NCBI GenBank assembly: GCA_001179505.1
Contig: CDMY01000091.1
Span: 62,001 to 126,000, forward strand
Origin: Vitrella brassicaformis CCMP3155
Taxonomy: Eukaryota; Protista; Chromerida
Direction: 5' to 3'
Length of the DNA: 64,000 nt
A program made the position numbers and the translations under genes. Within the stretch, counting starts at the first letter, position 1, and every line of letters starts with the position of its first letter. The notes below the pieces were generated by a model that had not been told where the DNA came from, ran no database searches, and worked only from the letters and a program-made list of their open reading frames with translations. This document shows positions 34,109-46,979 of this stretch, one piece after another.

Positions 34109-36015
34109 ATGCAGAAGCTGTTCAAGGCCATCGAGAAGGGCGACGTAGACGCCCTCCAGACGCAGCTCGCCACCAGCCCAAACCTGCTCGCCAAGAACAA
34201 AAAACAGTACACCCCACTCATTGTCGCGGTGCAATCAGGTCAGTCAGCTCACCAGCGCACTCGACGCAAGAGAGCCTTCCATGGTTGGATGCATATGGAT
34301 GCAGGCGATTTGTCGGTTCTCGAGGCTATGCGCGACAGCAAGCTGCAGCTGGGGGTCAATGAGAGGGACGGCGACCAGGGGTGGACGCCGCTCATCCACG
34401 CCATTGCGTCTGTCGGGGGCGATCTGGAGCTCATTCGGTTCCTCGTCGAGGAGCTGAAAGCTGACATAAAGGTGAGGCGAGGTGAGGCGAGACCAGTCAT
34501 GAATGATTGTGGTTGTCCATGTGCATGTGTGGCGATGGTGTGTGTGTGTGGGTTCAGTGTGTTGATCGTGATGAGGGTCTCAGTCCGCTGCATTGGGCGT
34601 CGCGGCTCAACCAGACCAACGTCATCGAGTACCTCCTCAGCAGGGGGGGAAAGGCGTACATCGACACGCAGGTGTGTGATGTGTTGGTGTACTGGGTGGC
34701 CACTGCACGGGCAATCTGTCTGTTTCTGTGTCTGTGTGTGTGTGTGTGTGTGATTGGTTCAATGATTTGTGTGTGTGCAGTCAAGCGACGATCCCCTCTC
34801 CCTGACTCCCCTTCACTGCGCCATCCGCAAGAACCAGGAGGAGGCCTGTGTGCTGCTCATCGAGAGAGGGGCGAACGTTAATACCAAGGCAAGAAAGCAA
34901 TGAAGGGCTGGCTGGCGGATGCATCGATCCACGGACGTGCCTCTGTTGTGTGTGTGTGTGTGTGAAAGCAGGACAGTGACGGCAACACGTCGTTGCACGC
35001 GGCTCTGAAGCAGCACCTGTTGAATGTCGCCGCCCTCGTCGCCGAGCAGCCGGCATCCCAGCAGACCGCCACCACACAAGATGGACAAAACCGTTAGCCC
35101 CCCCTCCCCCCATCACACACGCACACATACGAGACACCTTCTCCATGTGTGTGTGTGTGTGTGTGTGATGCAGTTGACGGCGAGACGGCTCTGCACATCG
35201 CTGTGTCTTTGGGTTTGGACACGGTGGCATCTTTGCTGGTCAAGCGGGGCTGGTCGGAGACCGCCAAGAATGCCAAGGGCGAGACGCCAAACGACCTCAG
35301 AGAGAAGCGACACGCGAAACAGGCCGCAGAAATCGAAGCTAAGCAGCAGGTGAGAAGGGGAGGGAACACACACACACACACACACACGCACCCAAGGGCA
35401 GGCAGCCCTTCATCCACTCACGACAGCAGTCACTGTGAGTGATGTCTAACAGGCGCGGGAGGCCAAAGAGGTGCGGAAGCGCCGCGGTGTGGAGGAGGAG
35501 ATGGACCACAGCGAGGTGACGGCCTGGCTGCGCAAGTACAACCTGCCCGACCTCGTGCCCGTCTTCTTCTCAAAGGGCTACCGCTACACCGACGAGGCCT
35601 TCTACGAGATTGACGACCACAGACTCAAGAAGATGGGGCTCTCCATCCAACAGAGCAGGTCAGTCAGTCAGTCAGTGCCCCAAACACACACACACACACA
35701 CACACACACGGTCAGACAGAAAGAGTCATTCGTGATGCATGCGACCACTTGCTCGTCTGTCTGTCTGTCGGTTTGTGTGTGGCTCGGCTATGCACATCCA
35801 TCAGGGCATTTTTCGACGCCATAGCCGAGGAGGAGGCCGAGAGGATTCGCGAGCAGGAACGGGCTGAGGAGGAGATCAAGCAGGAGGCCCAGAAGGCCAA
35901 CCGCATGCAGACATACATCGTGGTGGCCGTCATCGTCGCCCTCTTCGTCCTCATCTATATCGCCCTCATGTTCTTCGTCAAGTACAAATCACGTGGCACC
36001 AGCAGGATCCTCTGA
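34109..36015 (+). CDS. Ankyrin repeat + SAM-like domain + C-terminal TM (tail-anchored) protein
   Basis: About six ANK repeats (YTPLIVAV, WTPLIHAI, SPLHWAS, TPLHCAI, TSLHAAL, TALHIAV), then VTAWLRKYNLPDLVPVFFSKGY..LKKMGL (SAM-like), a coiled coil, and YIVVAVIVALFVLIYIALMFFV. Confidence 0.9.
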
Positions 36016-36559
36016 GTGATGCATTGTAGGGCGACTGAGTGAGTCGTCTGGGGGGTCTCTGTACCTGCACGTCTAGGTCAGTTTGTTTATTGACATCCAT
36101 CCAGCCATGAGTCATGCAGTCGAGTGAGTGCACGCCGTCGGACGATTAGATGACTGAGTGTTCGTACGACTGCTTTCCGTGAACAAACGAGCGTCATAGC
36201 GCATAGATCTCGGAGTGCATGCAATCGGAGTGCATGCAATAGATCTGGGAGCTGTGGGGGAGTCAATTGGGGGCGTCTCGTGGCGTCTCAAGTCCTCCAC
36301 CTCGCGCGGGCATCCCCGCCTGAGTTTCGCAGCCATGCAGCCTGCTGCGTGCGTCAAGCCCTTCTTTGTCATCTGTTTGAGTGTTGCGGTGTCCATGCTG
36401 CCCCTTCAAGCAGCCGGAAGACTGGCGGGCAGAGACAACTCCACGGCCCTACTGGCCCTGCTGACGTCTTCCTGGAACTGCTGTAAGGTTGCCTCCTTCT
36501 AGTCTGTGGCTGGCTTCACTCATCAATCACTCTGTGTCGCGTGTCCTGCAGTTGAGAAT

Positions 36560-37112
36560 ATGCAATGCTCCTTCCCGGGACACGAGGAGGTACTGGTTGA
36601 GGAAGAGGAGGCAAAGCGCGCCACCATGACGGGACCCTACAGCAAGAGACAGTCCAGAATCACCTACGAACTCCCCGCGGCGCCTCCCTCACAGAAACCC
36701 CCACAATGCCGAACGGGCTTTCAGGTCTTGACTGAACAATGGGGCCACAAGACGCATCACGTGTGGACGTCTCACGTGTGCCCAGTGCATGAGCAAGGCC
36801 GGCTTCGAGGAAACTTTCGGAGGCTTTCTCCCTTCTGGGTATCCGGGTTCCAACCTGGCCGCAGATGCCTACCTCGAGGTTCGCTTCGCGAGGGACGAGA
36901 GCAAAGAACGCTTTCTCGCAATGTTTGCCGCACAGGGACGTCAGCCCTGCACGCACAAGGGGATGGAGGGTGCCATCGGCATGTTCAAGAAGTACGAGGA
37001 ACTGGAGGTCAAGATCAAGAGAAAGCGAGAGAAAGGCAAAGACACAGCCGAATACGAGAAAAAGCTCGAGGCCGTTCGCACAGAGCTTTACGACAAAGTC
37101 AAAACAAAGTGA
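36560..37112 (+). CDS. Small hypothetical protein (two exons; may have further 5' exons)
   Basis: MQCSFPGHEEVL..CRTGFQ|CMSKAGFEETFGGFLP..KKLEAVRTELYDKVKTK*; phase-0 GT-AG intron. Confidence 0.5.
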
Positions 37113-37500
37113 GCCTGAGTGCCCGCCGAATGATAGACTGACACGTGTTTGATCACTTGCATCTGTCTTGTCAGGTTCTTTGACTTGGGGTGTGTCTGCT
37201 GCAAGGCGATGACTAGGGCCAAGCCAACCGAGACAGCAGCTGCCCCCTCCACGACATCTCCGTCGAAGGCGTCGTCCTTCAAGGTAAGATCTTTCGCCAC
37301 CGACGAGCCGTGAGGCCTGCGGGCAATTGTCGGCAATGTCCTGCAGCCTCCCGCCAAAAAACAGTCCCGCATGGACCCTTCGTTCGAATTCATACTCGAC
37401 AATATTCCGGGGCTCGGCTCGAATGCGAAGAAGCTCATCAAAAATCTCTAATTCCGGCGCCTCGTGCGGCACGAGGCAATGTTTCCCCCAGACAGAGACA
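37088..37500 (-). pseudogene. Possible FkbM-type methyltransferase relic
   Basis: SGGNIAS..RN*RFLMSFFAFEPSPG..N resembles FkbM DxGANIG..AFEP..N motifs; in-frame TAG at ~37448. Weak. Confidence 0.3.
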
Positions 37501-38744
37501 GAGGGATACAGAGAGAGCGTCTCTCTTCTGACAAATAGATGCCTTGTTGTGTGGTTGGCGTGGGTTTTGCGAGACACGCGGAGAGACACGTCGATGGGGC
37601 GAAGAAGCGAATGAGCGAATGAACCAACCAACCAACTAACGAATGAACGTCGATGGCCGGGCATGGCAAAGGCACTGACTAAAGAAACACTCACACCAAC
37701 ACACAGATTTCCACCAACCCGTGCAATCCTTCCTCCCTCTTTTCTCACCTCTGTGCGTGGCTCTTTCCCGTCGTGATGGGGCCATGTTGTTGACCAAATA
37801 AACCGTCTCATTGGCCTGCGTGCATTCATCCTTGTGTGCCCACCGAGACAGTCTCTTACTCGGCGTTCTTAGAGAGACCGGCAACATCGCCATGAGCCGA
37901 GGCGATCGCCGCACCCTCCTCTGAGCTGCATGTTGTGTGGGCGGCCAACACCTGCCAACCCAGCTAAGTGAGGGCAGTCCTTAGAGCTGAGACATGGCAC
38001 GGTCACGCTAACCAATTCCTCATGTCTCCAGCAGAGACTCACACACGGCACAGGACGGGACGGGACGTATTGTTCGTGCATGCCTGTCAACGTCGTGTGT
38101 GTTGGTTTTTTTTCTTTTCAGGAACCGTGACTGTACCCGTCCACGCACGTACAACAGTACACGCACAGAGCAGACGATTCATACTGTGAGTCTGTCAGTC
38201 AATCCACTTGACCCACGCCACTCCGACCCCACCCCGGCCACCCCCACCACACACCATGCTTCATGCATCCATCCATCCATCCATCAACCAAGATATCTGT
38301 CTCCTGGCAACCCTGCCGGGTGCGTCTGTTGCTGTGGCCAGCCAGACTGCTGCAGACAGGACGGCTGTCTCTGTACACACGAGATACGAGATGACATTCA
38401 CCAAGCAGTCACATCTCGAGGCAACTACAAAGCATTTCAGCTGCCCTCGAGCCACTCACAGCACTTCCACACAGATGTTTGTATGCACCTGAGGCCTTCA
38501 GACGAGCCGGCCAAAGCGGTGCATTTATGAACAAAAATATGGATATGCACACACACACACAAAAAAAATGTATATGCGTTGCAGGCACCGGCGACACAGA
38601 GACGCGTACATTACACGTCGTGTGTGCGCGCACAGCAGATCGAGTGTGTTTCCGTCAACCACAAAAAATAAATGCTGCCTCACTCGCAGCACGAAAAATA
38701 AATCGACAGATACCCAACACGAAAAATAAATGCACGCGCGTCGA

Positions 38745-41700
38745 CTACGACGCAGCGGAAGAGTGCTGGCAGGCAGCCATGGCGGCCACGGCGTCATAAA
38801 CGGCCTCGGCCGACACGGACAATCCCACACTGTCCTTCTCGTCACTGCTCAGCCGATGCCAATCGACACGCATGAGATGATGGCAGGGGGGCGTCAGAGC
38901 GGCCGTGTGGGAGTCGCTCTGCAAATGCGATTGGGTCGAGCTGACGGGCGACACCGAGCCGGTCATAGGCAAATCATCTGCTGCATGGCCACATGGCGTC
39001 TCGACCACTGTGGGCGCCAGACTCGCGAAGATTTCCGGAATGGCCTCCTGCATCCAACGAACACATGAGCACATACACTCGCATATACACTGGCATACAA
39101 ATCTCTGGCTGACCGGTGGGCTGCCTTTCTCGATGAGTGTTCGTTTGGCCTTGCGGAACGCCTCATAGAGCCCCCGCCACCCGCCGGTGTGCTGCTGGTC
39201 TGTCGACGCCTCGGTGTCGGCCTTCTCCAAATCACTGCCGTCGGCCATCCCGCTGAGGGCCGCCTGGTGAATCTGCTCTCTGCTGACGAGCTCGTCCACC
39301 ACATAGCACAAGTTGGCCTGGAGGTCGTGTAATGTGATGCCCTCAGACACCTCAACGCTGACATAATAATACCCAGGCAGGCAGGCAGCGCTGACATGAT
39401 GGACAGAGGAGAGGACAGAAGATGAGAGAGCGGTCTCAATGGCCATACATGTGTGTGTGGTGCGGACCTGTCCGCTGGTTGTGTTTCGATGTGGGAGGCC
39501 CCCAGCTTGCCGGACTCCAGTCGTGTTGACACTGAACGCATCACCATCATCACGTGTGTGTGTGTGTGGTCGATATCATGATTCTTAAGTAGCAAGCTGA
39601 CCTTTGTCGGAGTGCTGGTTGCGAAGTATATTGGAGAGGTCGCTCGTCCGCATGTGCCGCCAACCCTGGACACACAGGTCGGCCGATCATACGCACGGAG
39701 GGGTTCTCTTTCCTTTGCCTTACGGTGGCTTCGCGGTCGTCGGGTCTCGGCAGATGGACGACCACGTAGCCCTGTCGACGGCTTTGCATCTCCACTCGCC
39801 TTTGCCGCAGGCTCTGCACCAGGAACGCATGGCTCCACAGAAACTCATGGCTGAACAAACCACCAGACACACAGACACGCCAAGAGAGCGTCATTCGCTA
39901 TGCATTCCTGTGCGAGTGTGCTTACAAGTCGCCGGGCACGTGAGTGAGTTTGAGTCTCTCGACAGCGTCCTGCACGGACGCTGACGTCAGCTGCATGGCC
40001 GTCACCACACGATGGACCGGACGGCCGACAGACGGATGGCACCCCACTGATACAGCAGCGGCAGCAGCAGGGGTATGGCCCTCGGTAGAGAGGGCCGCGC
40101 TGGACCAGTCATAGAAGACCTTCGGCGAGATGCGCCGTTTCTCCTCCTCTCTGCGGATGAGCCACGACATAAGGCAGCCCGTCACACAACCAGACATCAA
40201 ACGAGCTGCAAACGATATGAGACAACACACGCAGACAGATGGAAGAATGATGATAATCCTGTGCTCTTCCGCTGCCCACCGAAAGCCTTTTTGCGGTCGG
40301 TGAGTGCCGTGTATCGGTAGCCCACTTGCAGCAGACCATACCGACATATCTGCGCCGCCAGCATGATATAATGCACCAAGTTTGCGACAATGGCAACCAG
40401 CACGAGGCCGATCGTCAGCTCCAGAGAGGTCCCCTCGGGCAGCATAACGACAAAGTGCATCACGAACAGCGACATGAGCCACACCAGCAGACCCCGCAGC
40501 TCGGTCCGATTGAGAATGTCCATGCTGCCTCCATCGAATGGCCAAACAGCGAATTGCAGCGCCAGACACACAGCGGCTACCACCGTCCAGCCCAGCAGCT
40601 GTTGGCGGGGCTGAGCCGTTGCTTGCTGTGCGATCAACAACACCAATACACGTCTCATCGCAAGCACAGCGTCCCAATAGTAGAAGTTTTTGCGATACCC
40701 GACATATAGGAAGCCGACCCTTCGGCGCGTGCGATAGTTCTGCAGGCCCTCTCTGTGCCGCCACAGAAATGCCACGCCACACACCACTGGGGAGAATGTC
40801 CACAGCAATAGACCAGTCACGGCAATCCACAGAAACGGGGCGTGCTCGGCCGATCGACAGATGACATGAGAGTCGAGGTCCATTCTCGGCCGCATGTCAT
40901 CCATCGGGTTAGTGGGCAGCAGGCTGACACTTTTTTCTGCAGCGATAGGCGTGACACCGTCCACATATGGGTAAGGCCGGCAGCGCAGGAGGGCCAGCAT
41001 GCTCTTGGTGACGGTGGGGTGGATGAAGGTAAGGATGACGACCATCATCGTGCCCCGGTTGTCGAGCCACTGCCGCCATCGGCCGCTCTTGCGGGGCTCC
41101 GCTGGGGAAGGCTGGCAAGAGGGCGGCGTCACTGGCTCGGTTCGTGAGTTCTCTTGGAAGGTGACCGATCGCTGGCGAGGGTCCTGTGCGGCGGTTTCGT
41201 CTTCTTTGCCGTTGGTCACAGATGGCGGCACCGAGAGGGCTCGGAGGTGGGTGTCGGCGGCCAATGAGGTCGATCCGTCGCTGTCAACGCGCCTTCTTGC
41301 CCTGAATGCATTACGCACTCGGTCAAACCCGCCTGCTGCAGCCACGACACGGGCCAGAAACGGCCACCGTGCATCGCTTTTCAGAGTACTTGTGTGTGGT
41401 TACCAATGAGAGGCACAATGGCAAGCCAGACGATTGGCAACCCCAGCCACATTGCGTGGCGATAGAGCACGCACTTGTCGCCCACATATGGCCTCAGCAG
41501 ACACTCCCATATCTGGTAGCTTTGCGGACGCCGCCACTCCATGCGAAGAAGGGGCCGACCAGTGAGGATATCTCGTCGCCCCAGAGGGACTCGTCGAACA
41601 CGAGGAAGGCCAAACCGCACACCTGCACTCACGTACGGCAACAAGATACACGCGATGGAATGTGGGTGCATATGTCGGTCTGTCTTTCCTCTTACTGCGG

Positions 41701-43902
41701 TGATGTGTGAGAGTCCGATTTTGATCAGCTGCGAGGGCACCTCAGCACGCAGAGATGTCCCCGCCCTGAACAGAAACACGGGCAGCACGGAGGTCGACAC
41801 ACACAGGAGACGCAAAGGTCGATTGACGGCCTCGCGTGAGAGGTACACGGCTGCATGCTGACCGTTCCGCGAGTGCTGTCAGGATGAAGATGGCAATCAG
41901 AGTGGCCACGATGAGTAGCAGGTTGATGAGAACAATCACCCACAGCGGGGCACATGGGGCGCACGGCTGCTGGGGCGTGTGACGCGAGAAACCCGTCTTG
42001 CACCGGTTGCATACGAATCCCTCATGCCCCTCCTGACAAAACGACAAGGCAGACGAGCATAAGACTGGCAACTGTCAGAGTGATGTAATGGGCTCCTACC
42101 GAGCATATGTTAAGTCCATTCATCCTGTTGGTGCCTTTGCAGGCGGAGGGCAATGGACAGCGCATAACGACGGGAAGCAGAGTCAGGCCAGAACCATACC
42201 TGAATAGAGCACACCCCGTCTGCTGGATCTTACTCAATTGCGGCACTCGCTGTTCACCCTTACGTCGTCACTTCTCGTGTGCCGTTCTTGTACGAGTCGT
42301 TAGATTGCAGCTGGACAGTGAGCTGGAAGAAGCCCGGCAGCACACTCGCATTGTAGTTGACGGGAACAGAGCAGTTCAACCCAGGCAAACAATCCCGGCA
42401 GGTCCATGTGACGCGACTCCCACCAGCACCGCCCTTTTCGGAATTGTGTACGCCGACAGATCCAGCCGTGCACGGCGCACACGGTTCGTCGTCGCGCTTC
42501 TCATAAGCAAGGGGACAAAAACATTTTGTTGAGCCCTCATCGGACACTGTAAGCACATACTCATAGACCAACAGACCAGCAGTGAAAGTCGCAAGAGTGA
42601 TCGTCTTGTGCCTGTCATGTCTCTCACCTGCATCATCGGGACAGTCCTTGCATGTTTTGGTGCCGATTTGTCTGTTGGAGAACTTGTTGGGTGGGCACTT
42701 GGCGCACATCATGCCGACGCCCTCGTAGCCGCCCACACACCGACATAGCTTCTCAGAGTTAAAGGTGTCGTCTACCTGTGCGTTGCGTCAGACAGACACA
42801 ACACGCATACGTACCCGGATGCACACTAATGGGTGGATCTGTATGGGGATGACTGACCTCAATCTGGTGGAAAATGGAGCAGAACTCGGTGCATTCGTAC
42901 TCGCCCTCCTCGCCTTCTATGCCACGCACCAAGTAACCTACACGTATATCACATTCACCACACAAACAGTATGTATGCCAAGGAAGTGAATTGGTTCGTG
43001 CACTTGCCTTGTGGATCGGGCACCAGGGGCTTCGAAGTGCTCATCCGGCTGAAGTTCTTCCGCAAATCCTGGTCAGAGGTACCACACGCAGAGCACACAG
43101 AGGAACGGTATGAGTGCATTGCGGGAAGAGGAAGGAAAATGGTGTGTGGATCGCTCACTAACTGACCTCGATATCCGTGTCGGTGACCGCGGCAAACCTC
43201 AGGTCGGGGTTCTCGGTGAAGCGGGCGTATTCGACATCGAACACGTCCCACTCGCCGTAGCCGGTAGCAATCGTCACGAGGGAGTTGTTGTGGAAATCGG
43301 CGTGGTTGAGCTTTTCCAGCCTCACGCCCCCCGTGTCGATGGCCGTGATGCTGTTGTCCCTCATGTGCACTGACGCCAAGCTGGGAAAACCCCACAATGT
43401 TTGCAGCATCGCGTTCGACAACTGCATGGAGGAACAAACCCACACAGACGGGAGAGTGCCCACTCATCAGCGTTTGTTCGGCAGGAGTGGGAGGGGGGGG
43501 TTACCGATAGCCCCTGGTCAAGCGTGCGAATGTCGAAGCGCTGCACTTCCTGGGGGTTCAACGCGACAAAGGACTCGCAACGCATCGCGCCGTAGAGGCC
43601 GCAATTCGCCGCAGTCAGCACCATCAAGCTGACAGGAACACACACAGGCAGAAGGTCGATTTCAGTCGTGGAAACCGACACATGCAAGGGAAGATTGCAT
43701 ACAAGCAACATACTTCTTTCTGCCACTTGAGCGGCATTAGGAAGTCGGTGACGTCGACATTGATGGGGTTGTTCGAGACGTCCAGGTCGGTCAGCGAGCC
43801 CCAGTCGGGCGGGGCGACACGCGGATCCAGCAGCTGCCGCATCACGTTCGAGTCTGTTAGAATCACGCACATGACCATGCATCACCACCTGCCCGCCTCT
43901 GC

Positions 43903-43935
<33 letters not shown>

Positions 43936-46300
43936 TGTATGTGTCTGTGTGTGTCGGGAGCTCACTGAGTTGCCCCAATTGGCAGAATCCATCCGGGGTG
44001 CGGCCCCAAATGGGCCAGCCTGTCCGGTTGATACGATTGTTGGCGAGGTAGAGCGTCTCCAGGCTGGGCATCGACCGAAAGCCCTCCGGCAGCGCCGTCA
44101 GCCGGTTGTCGCGCAAGTCCAGGTAACGCAACCTGTTTATCAAGACACACAAAGACCATCCATCTATCCCTCATGTCTGTCTATCTGTCTGTCTGTCTGT
44201 CTGTTCATTGGCCTGGTGGCTTACGATCGTGGGATGGATCCATTGCCGGAGAATCCCGTTATAAGGTTGCTGTGGAGATCGGCGTACTCAAGGTTGGGGA
44301 AGACGGACAGGTCGGGCGATAACTCGAAAAGGTTGGAGTGGACGTCCAGCCGACGGATGCTCTCGTAAACTGGCCCACTGAGGTTACGGCCCACCAAACC
44401 CACCAGCCTGACACACCAGCCATCCATCCATCCATCCACAGTATGTCGGCGGGTGGCGCTCCGCACCTACCGGTTGTTGGATCCATCGAATCTGGTGAGG
44501 TTCTCAAAGCTCTCAAAGCCGAAGGGCAGATGGCCACCAAACTGACACACAGCCACCAACAGCACAGACACAAGCATTTGCCAAGTGCCCTTCCCCTTTG
44601 TGTGCCTTTCTTGCTCACCGAGTTGTTGGACACCCGCAGCGCCTCGAGCGACGTGAGGTTGCTCAGCGGCTCCAGAGTGCCGGAGAAGTTGTTGTTGCGC
44701 AAGTCGAGATACTTGACTGACCTCCAGCCACTCAACGTGTCCGGCAGCGTACCGGAAAGCTGCATACACAAACAACAATTGTGGACAGGGAGAGTGCGTC
44801 ATTGTGTGTGTGTGTGTGTGTGTACCTGGTTGTAAGCGACCGTGAGTTGTTGCAGCTTGCTGAGCTGCCCCAGCTCCGGTGGCATCGGCCCGCTGAAGCC
44901 CGGCCACTGCCTCTCCAGACTCAGAAACGTCAGGTTGGCCGCATTGCCCAGGGAAGCCGGCACTGGACCGGAAAACTGATGACAGAGAGAGAAACAGGCA
45001 GTTGTTGACATACACAGGCATTCTCAAATACCCATCTGCGCTTATGCTGGTTGTGCTCTGCCTTACCCTGTTGAACGACACATCCAGCTGTCGCAGGCTG
45101 TCCATCCTGGTCCCCAGTCCGTCCGGCAGCGGCCCACTGAACCGATTGTTGGTCAGAAGCAGCACCCGCAGCCGCCTCAGCTGCACCAGCGACCCGGGCA
45201 GCTCACCACTCAGCTCGTTATTGGCCAGCGTCAGCTCGTCCAAGCGGGAGAGGGTGCCCAGGTCGCCAGGCAGATGGCCCGAGAGGCCGGTGCCATCGGG
45301 CTTCAGTCGGGTGAGGTTGCGGCAAGACGTTACACTGGCGGGGAAGGGTCCGTCCATCTCCTTGTTGTCCCATATCTCCAGGACGCGTAGCCTCCTGAGA
45401 TTTCCGATGTCTTCAGGGATAGACCCTGAGAAGCTCGTCGATGTTAGTGTGAGGGCCTCGAGGCGTGGTAGACTGGTGATGGAGGGTGGGATGGAACCGT
45501 TGAGGGCATGCATCTCCTGCTGAATGTACAGGCCCTTGAGATACGACAGCTCGCCGATAGTGGTGGGAAGCGGCCCTGCCAAGGGGCCCTGGTATGGACA
45601 AACAGCACAGACACAAACATGTGGGTGGATGAAGGAGCTGATGTGCGTATGAGATGCAGCTCACCGCTCCCAACAGGACGAGGGCGCGTAAAGAGGTCAC
45701 TTTGGAAAGCTCATCGGAAAGCGTCCCCTGCATGGGCACCTGGTAGGACCAGAGGCACATCACGTGCCGCAGCCGATAGAAAGCATCCGAAAAGACGAGA
45801 GGCCTCCCCCGTCGCTGCTGCAAGATCCCCGGTACATTCGATATCTCTCTGTCGCCGGGAAACCCCGTCAGAACGATCAGGTAGCCCTCTCGCGGGCCGC
45901 CGTCCGCCAGCGCCTCGCTCAGCCGCACACAGGTGATGAAGGGGACGATGCAAAGCTTGTCCTCGAAGATGGATCTCGTCTCGTTGGGAGCCAACCCGGC
46001 CTCGTGAGACCACTCAAACAATGCGGCCGCATCCTCTCGGCACGAATCGCAGCTGACAAGCTCTTCCATCTCGGTGTAGGGGAGGATGTTGTCGCCTCGC
46101 TGCACTGCATCATCGGTCACCACATCGGCCGGGCGGAAGACGAGAGAGAGCTGCAGAAGCTTCAGCCGCCTGGGATCACGCCAGCCTGGAGGGAGGTCAG
46201 GGGATGGATCCGTCTCATTGGCGGCCTGGAGGATCCGCTGCAGGGGCGATGACGCCGCCACCGACGATAAGACGGTCAAAAAGAGGACAGATGGCAACAT
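38745..46300 (-). CDS. Large receptor-like protein: signal peptide, ~20 plant-RLK-type LRRs, Cys-rich (GCC2/GCC3, TNFR-like) repeats, multi-pass TM block, cytoplasmic tail (CRMP-like)
   Basis: MLPSVLFLTVLSSVAASS; many LxxLxLxxNxLSGxLP repeats (42900-45700); CxxCP/CxxC repeats (41900-42760); TM block with RVGFLYVGYRKNFYYWDAVLAMRR (40200-41340). Exons continue in phase to a stop at 38745; not every junction was checked. Confidence 0.85.
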
Positions 46301-46979
46301 CACGATCACGTCGGCGCAGCGAGATCAGCAAATGTCATCGTCAAAACCTCCGCCTGAGCCGCGAAGGAGAGCCAGGCCTCCTCGCCCTGCCCTCCTCGTG
46401 CACCGCAAGCCCGCTCTATTGGTTAACAGATGCGCACGGAAACAAGAGAGAGATGCAGGTGTTGGCGATGTGTTGGCGGTGTGTTGGTGCGCCGTGCGCT
46501 CACGCTTTGCAGGTGAGAGAGGAGTGGAGGCTGCTTCGTTGCCGAGTGGAGCCGCTCTGCATCAGACATCATGTGACAAACATCAAACAGACACAGCCCT
46601 TTGCTTTCAAACGTTGTTTTCTTTGTTTGTTTCTCTTGCATCTCGTCTGCCCTCTCTGCCTGTCTTTCGGCTGTCTGCTTGCCTTCCTCAGTTTGTCTGT
46701 TTGCTCACCTGTTTGGTTGATGGTGGGTGTCGCTCAAATGAGAAGGGATCAGTTATCAGCACATCACGAGATCCTTCTCTCAGTGACAAGATCGCGTGGT
46801 CAGCCGCTTCGTCTTGATCTTGCGGATTTCCGGCAGATGCGTCTTGTGAGGTCTATCTGCATCCTGTTCCTCACAAAGTTTCATGAGTCGAGAATAGGAG
46901 ACGAAATCCCGCAAACCCTACATTCTTTCGGTTATAGCACACTTCTCACTGCCAGGTGTTCATCGCCACTTGGCTGGGA

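Noticed and set aside
36195-36250. Short imperfect tandem repeat (atagatctcggagtgcatgca..) and ORF 36112-36396
   Set aside because: Only 2-3 units with no spacers, so not CRISPR-like. The ORF may be a relic but has no supportable identity.
2200-37450. Stop-codon reassignment or readthrough suggested by in-frame TAGs (~2220, 30490, ~37448) and TGAs (6720-6731)
   Set aside because: Intact genes here end with TAG (8895, 11542, 23885) and TGA (28246, 28462, 36015). The in-frame stops occur in genes that have other lesions or are isolated, so point mutation is simpler.
36660-37829. 389-aa minus-strand ORF
   Set aside because: No recognisable motifs; it overlaps a better-looking plus-strand gene and microsatellite text. 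Long shadow ORFs are expected at this GC content.
38120-38530. Cys-rich reading CVCCCGQPDCCRQDGCLC
   Set aside because: No start codon or phase-consistent exon chain could be built, and it does not match the family tail motif.
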